Positions 50,201 through 59,200 of a stretch of 64,000 nucleotides of DNA are shown piece by piece. Under the pieces are notes generated by a model, which saw nothing but the letters and a program-made list of their open reading frames with translations, did not search any database and was not told the origin of the DNA. Source of the stretch: Amphiscolops sp. MND2022 (taxonomy: Eukaryota); NCBI GenBank assembly GCA_964187785.1, contig OZ076409.1, positions 18,850,001 through 18,914,000 on the forward strand, written 5' to 3'. Positions within the stretch are counted from its first letter, which is position 1. Each line of letters begins with the position of its first letter. Made by a program: the position numbers and the translations under genes.

Positions 50201-53200
50201 CCAAAACTGAATTGCAAAGTTTCTTGGGTTTTGCCAACTACTATCGGGATTTTATCCCATGGCATGCAAAACTAGTTGCCCCTTTACACGCGATAACGGG
50301 AGGAGCCTCTTCATTTTTATGGGGGGAGGAGCAGCAGCGAGCCTTCAACAGCATCAAAGTGGCACTAATGGAAGCCACCGCTCTGGCGCAACCTGACACT
50401 GAAGGCGAATTTGTTCTCGACACGGATGCTAGTGGTGTAGCTATATCGGGTATTCTGCACCAATGGCAAGGACCACCTGAGAGTCGCAAACTGCGACCGA
50501 TTGTATTCGGAAGCAAAAAATTAACTGCTACGCAAGCAAAGTATGGAGCCCCAAAATTGGAAATGTATGCTGCATACTATTTCATCTTGAAAAACCACAG
50601 TTACCTCTGTCCACGAAAGTTCACACTGAGGGTAGATAATCAGGCCCTATCCTGGCTAAAAACATATTCGATGGATCAGGCGATTATCGGTCGATGGATT
50701 ATGGCTCTTGAAAAATATCACTTCAGCATTGAGCATCGACCCAGAACGCAACATCGAAATGCTGATGGTCTTAGCAAACGAACAAATGATTACAAAAAAC
50801 ACGAAAAGCAACTAAAAGGCTTACCCGCAATTGCAGACAAATGGGATTTCCTGTCACAGGAGGAATATAACAAACTCCCGCTAGCCCCATGGTTCGACGT
50901 CCACGGACGCGTGATACCAAATCATCCAGAATTGCCTGCACACTTGCAGAGGTTGGGTAGCCAAAGTTCACCCGAGACCACAGTTGCCGCTCCCTCGCGA
51001 AAGAGCGGAGGAAGCAAACGAAATGCAACCATACGCGAGGAAGCCATGAGAGCGCCTCTACCTACATTGCCAAAACCAGAATTGACACTGCCCGCCGAAC
51101 TTTATCCAGAATATCCTGAGGATTGGTTAGAACTGACCGAGGAATATCAACGAGACTATCTACTCCCCACGCATGCTGCTAACGTACCATCAAGAACCAC
51201 TTACCCACTAATGGAAAAGCAAGCAACTAGCACTGCACCAGAGCACGTAAAACAAGCCGCGTTTGTGGTAAACAGCATATCAATGGAACTGCATGAACAT
51301 GCTAACACAGTCCATGGATTGAAGGATCTACTACTAGCACAAAACCGTGACGTCCATATATTGGCCATCAAGAAATTGGTAATGCAAGAATCAATAGATA
51401 ATGACGTCTTTCCGGAAAATGTGCGCACCTTTGCCAAAAACTACCACAAACAGAAGAAGAACCTCCTACTGATAAACGCCAACGGGATTTTGTGTGTAAA
51501 ATACTCCAAAACTCAAAGAGCTTTGCATGAACGCCCCTGTATGATAGTGATGCCACAATTGTATCAGCATGAGATACTATTCAAGGCCCACGACGCGATG
51601 GGACATCAGGGCATCGCGAAAGTCTTGGCCAGAATTCAAGAGCGCCACACTTGGCCAGGCATCCGCCGCACCATTGGACAATACGTCAGTCAATGTATCA
51701 CTTGTCAACAAGTACGCGACAAGCCTGGTGATGTACGCTTTCACTTGAAAAATATCCAAAGCGGTTATTTCAACGAGCTAGTCCAATATGACCACATGAA
51801 AATTTGTCCCTCTGATGATGGTAACACAGGGATATTGGTTATTATCGATCATTTCTCTAAGCTCGCAGAAGCTGTGCCATGTAACCACGATGAGTACGAT
51901 GCAGCGACCACTTCAAAGTTGTTGTTGCAGAAGTGGTTTGCCCGCCATGGAACGCCAACGAGGATGCAGTCAGACAATGCTCCCAATTTCACCGCGGCAG
52001 TATCTGCTGAGTTTATGAAAGCAGCCCAAGTGACCAAAGTAACCTCAACTGCTGGCCACCCCAGGACTCAAGGGTTGGTAGAACGACAAAACCGAACGCT
52101 ACTCACCCTACTGCGTGTATTCTGCTCTAGACGAATGCGTGACTGGGATCAGTACCTAGATGAAGTTATGGGTGCATACAACTCCACACGTCATGCCACT
52201 ACTGGATTTTCCCCGTATATGCTGACCAGAGGCATGGAAAAAGCTATACCCCTGACTTTTTTGTATCCGGAATTTGCAACTCAGTCATTCGAATCACACG
52301 AAGCCTATGTGGAACATGTGCTGGCTCGACAACAAGAGATTCATGACTTAGTCCGTCGCAACACGCATCAAGCCCAACAACGACAAAAATTGAAGTACGA
52401 CAGAGCAATTCGTGCTAAGGCCTACGAAGTGGGCGAACCTGTTTGGGTATTCTGCCGATACATTCCTCAAAAGGGATCTCCCAAATTGATGAGAGCGTGG
52501 CGTGGTCCTCACAAGGTAGCACGAGTGCTACAAGAGGGACGTGTTTACATACTTGACACTGGGCAGAAAGTGCATTTCGAACGATTGAAACCGCATCATG
52601 GTGGTCCAACAGAATGGGCAGCTGTTCCTGCGCATAACGGCGAGGTTGCTATTATCATGGACCCTGATCCAGAACAATCCCATGAGGAGGTGAGAGACGA
52701 TGCTTCACAACCTTCTTACCGTGCAGAGGAACCAATTTCAGAAGCCAGTGATGCCTCTTTGCCTTCTCGACAAAGACATTGGATGGACACACGGTTACGC
52801 ACACACATGCGCGCAGGTGGCAGCCGCCTACATTATCAACAATTTGGCTACTCTTCGACTGAGTCTGACGATGAACGTTCTGATGTACTCCTATCGAGTG
52901 CTCAAACAAATCCTGACGAAAGTGTCATCTTGCCATCACAAGTAGACGAGCCTGCGCCTATTCCCGAAATGCCAATATCACCACTACCTGCTATGGAGGC
53001 TCTATTTTCAGAGAATGAAGCAGTACCAGACGCATTAGATGTCGCCCCGAATCCTAATATCCACGTACCCACCGAAAGTGCCGCTACTTCTTTGACCGGT
53101 ACATCCGCCCCATTATTGACAAATCCATCTCTTACGAATATGTTGAGTAACTTTCCCATTTGGCCCCTAATCGATGACAATGACCTCAACCCAACCCTGG

Positions 53201-56200
53201 ACAACGATGGTGCTGACACACCAACGACCAATAACGAAAAGGGATCAATTCCCCCTGCAACAAATCCCATCAACAATGATGCAGCTACTACCACGAAGCT
53301 CCCCAATGCTCCTAGAGGGCGTGGACCCCGGGGACGTCCGCCAGGCAGAGCAAGGCCGCGAGCCTCGCTACCACGTGGTCACCAACGGAGAGGTGCTATT
53401 AGAGGCACTCGCAAAAGAGGCCGTCCCAGAGGTAGACCTCCTCGTACAACGCACGCCAGACCTAACACTCCTACCCATATTCGTAACACTCCATCAATGG
53501 ACACTGACTCTTCTGCCCCTAGCGCGGCGGTTACCTCAGATCAGGCAGCACCACCAGAATCGACCAACGCTCATTATGGACTGCGACGCAATCGTATTCC
53601 CAGATATCGTTGCGGAACATGTGGCCTACGAAACTGCGAATGTAACTACATGGTCCACGCGGGCTTCCCAATCGAATCCCAGGGAGTCCTACTAGCACGT
53701 GAACAGGAGAAACCACTTCCGAGCGGAATGGTTGACCGTTTGGTTATTCGAGCCGAGAAAACCTACACTGGGCTACAACGCAGTGACACTCCATATCCCG
53801 TGGACTATATCCTATCCAAAATGAAAGATTCTACGATAGCAAGGGCTCCGTGCCCAAGGTTCAAGGAGTGGACCTATGATCTTGTTGGTTTGGAGTTCAC
53901 CTTACCCATCACTGTTCCCCCTTTGCCTACAAATATTGCTTTTGGTCCTTTCAACTATGAGCGAGAGCCTATCCAAATGATACGCTGTATTCCTGCTGAC
54001 CTCTTGTACGACAAATACAACGTCACAGCAAAACCAGGAGACGTTTATCAGCCTACAAGCAACTGGTGGCTACTAGTTACGGCCAAACAAGCATCCGACT
54101 TGGTTCATCCCACTAACTTGAACACCTGTCTGGAGAGTTTGCGGACGATGGCCTCTCCTGATAAAATCACTTGTTTCCACACGATAGACCTATATCGTGG
54201 TAAAATTAAGTTTGAATGGTGGCTGGAACTTATTATAGCAGTTTTATCAAATTTCTCACGAATCAGATTCCTGGACGAATGGACACACTCATTTCCTAGT
54301 CCTGTATCCCTCCAATCGGCCCTGCACGCACTGGATACATGGTCCAGGGCTAACATTGATAATCAATCATTGCCGCGATCTGTATGGCAAGATTTGGGCG
54401 CAATCAAGGGCCTCCTCCCGAATGCATGTGACGATGCTCTTTCCAAGGACCCCGGACGAGAGTTAGTGTATCATGGAGCCGCGAGACCTCAATTGGTTGA
54501 CTATGTGCAGTATGCCAATACGGACTTCCTGCAGACTCCCCATCATATCGTTTTATGTTGTCCCGCAAATCTGGAAACTAGTTCTGCCGCTCTTCGTTAC
54601 GTCATTCGTGAGCATGGTGCAGATGCAATCTTTCAACTTCGACCGGAGGTTGGCAATATTGTAACGCTACCCACATCTTTGATAGACGGCCATCCTCAGA
54701 CTATCCACCTTCTAATCACACGAGCTACACCTCGCTGCCCCATGCTTGCTGATATTCTCTTTGGATGTCTTGATCATTTGAAAACGTTACTCGAGCGCTT
54801 GGAGGCGATAGAAGTACACTTTGCCATCGTCGATCCTGAGCGCCCAATACGTAATCTTTTTGATTTTTATGCCTGTTTGATGGACGTATTCGCCGACACC
54901 CCCCTGACCGTCGTTCTTCACGATCGCGTTTACGTATCTATTGCAAGCGTCGCTAGCTTTCCGTAAAACTTTCGTTTGTCCGCTTTCTTTTTTTTTGTTT
55001 TTCGTTTTTTTTTGTCCGCTCGATTAAGTTTAGTGAATCGATACGAAGTTTATTTGAGACTATTACGTTATCTTTTTCTTTAATGTTAATGTGTAACATT
55101 CTATTACTTTCCCTGGTATTACCCTTAAATGACCTATGGTGTTACCCTACTATCAAGTGTGCTACAATCGACCTACGCTCTTTCAGAACTGTCGTCATGA
55201 ACCAAGATAATGATAGAAGCAACAACGTCCCGCCGAGGTCTACAGACAACTCTCCTGCCTTGGGGCAACGCGTCTATGACACTGCGCGTGTCCAACGCAC
55301 CCCACAAATTGCCTTTATTCGAGACAGACTCGACCAAGGTCTGTCGCCAGCTGCAGTGGCCGGGGTAGCAGCAATAATTGCCCAGATGGAATCACAATTG
55401 CAAGCCCCAATGCTAACGATATCAATTACCTCAGGGTTTCCTGGATTTCAACGATCCATGACGTACCAAGATGGAGTGTGGCACGGCCATGATCTTACGC
55501 ATCACTTCACAGATGATCGTGCGGCGATCTCGTATAGTCTTGCGAATGGCGGAGTCCACCAGACTAGACCTTTACAGATCCCTTCTTGCCCGCCTCCACC
55601 TCCACCGCCACCTCCTGTACCAACACCACAAGCAGTAGTGCGCGCGCGCACTCCTGCTCCTATGGTGCCTAGCCTGCCCAATCAATCTATGGCGGAGCAA
55701 GCAGTCATTTCAGCGCTACAAGCAGTGGCTGCCAATCCCAATTACGATGACTTCATGCGATCCATGGAGCAGTGTTGGCCAGAGCTACGTCGAATTGCTC
55801 TGCCCACTGTCACTATTCGTAACGACAATGCGACTTCAACTGAAACACGTCAAGGTGTCATCACTATTCCCCACATCAATCCTCAGTCTGAACAGCCAGG
55901 ACACTCTCGCACCGTGACTGTGGAACGCAGTCGTTCGCCTTCCCGCTCTTCTCAAAAGGGGGGAGGAGAGAGCCGCCCTGCCTCCAGAAAGCGCAACGAC
56001 CCCTCCCCAACAAAGAAGACTCAACAACCATTGACTGCCCGTGACAGCCCCTCGAGCAAGCCACCACCCGACAAAAAGATTTCCAACGAGAAGGCCACAA
56101 CCTCCAAAGCGCCAGACCAAACGAAGTCAAAAGTGTCGGAAGCATGCGTGCTTCCCTCACCCCAATCACAACCGGACGTGACAGGCGAGCAACAAGGACT

Positions 56201-59200
56201 GCCGCAACCACCATCCACGCAGTCTACAACACGCGAGTCGCTGGCTCAACGAGCGACTCCTAAGCCCTCCACGTCAGGACAGCCACAATCGGAGCAAACT
56301 GTGGGTTATCAAGGCACCCCTGTATCCCAGCGAACTGTCAAGGACATAATGGGTGATTACCCAGGGTTGAAAGTGACCAACAGTGGTCCAACTGGAACCC
56401 CACTCCGGAAACAGGCGATTCAACATCCAACTAAGAGGACCTTTACGAAACAGCCGACGTACCTGAGTCCCATGCAGAACACAAAGGGCACATTGGTCAC
56501 CAAGGATTCCCGACGTATCTGGGAATCGGCAGTTATAGTATCGCCCGAATGGCTATTTGAGAAAAACATGTGTCCTCCAAATGACGAAGAGCACGCGAAA
56601 CTGAAGAAGGCAAATGTACCCGTATTCATGAATCGTCCAATCCGCCCAGACCACACTCCTACCAATGAGCCGCCATGGCTAGGGAAGGCAATGAATATGC
56701 TGCCAAACGTGGATGACAATTACCTAGATGCCCTCAACGTTGACCTTCGTGGGCAATTCGCCGATCGATATTTCCTCAACGCTGGAGAGACCTTTGAGAT
56801 CAACCCACGGTACGCCCGTGATCTCGAAGCCCAGCTACCAATGCCAAAAGAAAGGTTGCAGCGTGCGCGCTTCGCCTTACTTATTGACTCAACATTCCTC
56901 AAGAATGTCCCCATCGACAACGTGTTGTCAGACGTGATGGTTTTTACTCTACCGCTGTCACGTATTCCCGAGATGGCCGAAGTGTTGGTCACCATGTTTG
57001 ACCCTGAGATGACAGGAACCTTCAAAGAGCCACCTCCACGTAGAGTGATCATCAGCAACGTTTTCGATCACATGGCCTGTGAAGGACTAATGGCCCAGAT
57101 CGCGAACGTTGAGATTATGAATCCAAGTCCGGCTCAGCGAACAACGGTACGCAATGCAGCATTGAACATGGCCCGAGCCATGGAAAAAGCCCAAAACATC
57201 TTGAAAGACAAACTCAAGGTGCCAGCCCTGTTCGTGACACCCCCAGGTTTTTGCCAATGGCCCCCCGCCTTGCAGAGATTCATATACATGGTGACAGAAG
57301 TTTGCAAGTGCAGAGAAATAGACTTTGCGATCTGCGCGCCCAATATGCGGATTAGCTCCAATGACTTTCGCCCCTCCTGGCTGTCCTACATGGGGTACAT
57401 TGCCTCAGTGTCTAAAGTGCTACAGTCAGTAGAGAAAACAGGGAACGCGCAGCTGACAATCGACGATGCCATTTACTTTGATCACGGCACTCGCATGGGC
57501 TTGTTGGTGTTCAACAAGGACGGAGAAAGGCGAGTCCCAGAGCCCAGTACGGCCGAATGCGAGGCAATCCGCCTGAATAACTGGATAGAGCGCGCGCGCT
57601 CATCCGGTGGAAAGACTTGTATCAAAACCGATCTTGCAGAAGTCACTGCCACAATGAGCAAAGTCCCCAGCGACCGAGAAGTAGAACGAGCCATCCCGCG
57701 AGTTCAATTTGCCAAGGACCTCACAATCGATCAATTATCAGTGGGAATGAAGTACATTGCTGCTAAATTGACGAGCGAAACTCAGGCTGAAATCCAAGCC
57801 TTCAGCAGCACCTACGACGCCTGGTACCAGCGGCTACAAACTACCACCGTAGCAGACATTGCAAAAGAGCTTGGGATGTCAACCGACCAGTTTGCCATCT
57901 GTTTGGGATTGGGTTGGAGTCCCGATGTTATTCGAGTCGAGTTCGATTTAGAGGAGAGTTGGTTGATCGAAATCAGCGAGATTATCGGTACCGTGCAGGT
58001 GAACGAACTCTTTGCACTGATGCTCACTTTCGGGCAGAAACGCTTTGTAGCTGGCCCAATGATGATATTGACTGACCTGGTTACCGAGTGTAATCTGGAA
58101 TGGCTATTTTCATATCTGGTGATTGCACGAGGGAATATCTCAGGTCTAACCGCCCTAGCCAAGCTGTTGCAACGGAAAGACGCTCAGGATTATCCCGCTC
58201 ACCTGGAGCGTATGACAACTTCATTGTATCACTGGATGTATTGCAGTCTGGTCTTTGCCTCAGGACTCTTCGTGGGGGTGGATAAGCACCAACCGTTATA
58301 TGATGGACGTCAGCTAGTGACCGAGGTAGCTGGATTTTTGACACCCAACCAGCTGGCAGATTTCACTTTGGCTGAAGTCGAAGATCTTATACCGGTGTTA
58401 GCACCCGTGCTAACTCCGATATTTGGCCCAACCGGGATACTCCGATACCCCACCAAGCCTCTGAGACTGGCCTCGGAGACGTTAACGGTATCCATCCTAA
58501 CTTATCTGAAGAACGTAAAACCACACAACTATCAACAGATGCTTGAACGTGGGCTGTTTCTGCTAGTACCACGTATGTATACCACAATAAAGAATGAGAC
58601 ACAGAAAGACGAAAACCTGGCCGGTATTCTCAAAGCCCGAACAAAGAAGGCGTGCCCTTTACCTCGCGAATACGGCCCGGTGAATTGGTATAATTCTCCC
58701 CTAGACCACCTCGGAATCCCACAGCGATTCAATTGGAGTTTCGCACACCTCAGGAAGTACGTGACCGAGTGTGTGCAAACCATGGGCGGTCACACGAATC
58801 AGGAGTACAATTTCCAAATGATTAAGCTTCCAGCCAGGTACTGGCGAGGACCCATCGGTTATATCCGGGCCAAGCCAATCAGTATGGTCGAGAAGGGCTT
58901 TGATGAGCAGTATGCCTATCGCGACCACTACAAACTTGGCGTGTGGATGTCAAGAACCCTGGAGGAGCGCCAAGGACGCCTAAGAGGTTTAATCCTCCCC
59001 CCACTGACAATGCCTGTTTGGAATCCAGAGGCGAGGGTTACTATGGGAAGCGACATGCCAGCGGAGACTTGCTACCACGTCATGGAATTGCTAAGTGATC
59101 CCCTCGGACCCGAATGGGAAGCCTCTAGGCAAATCATAGAGCATGCGAATAGGGACAACTGGTCCAGAGCCTGCGGGCTCTGGGGCCGACCTGATCTACG

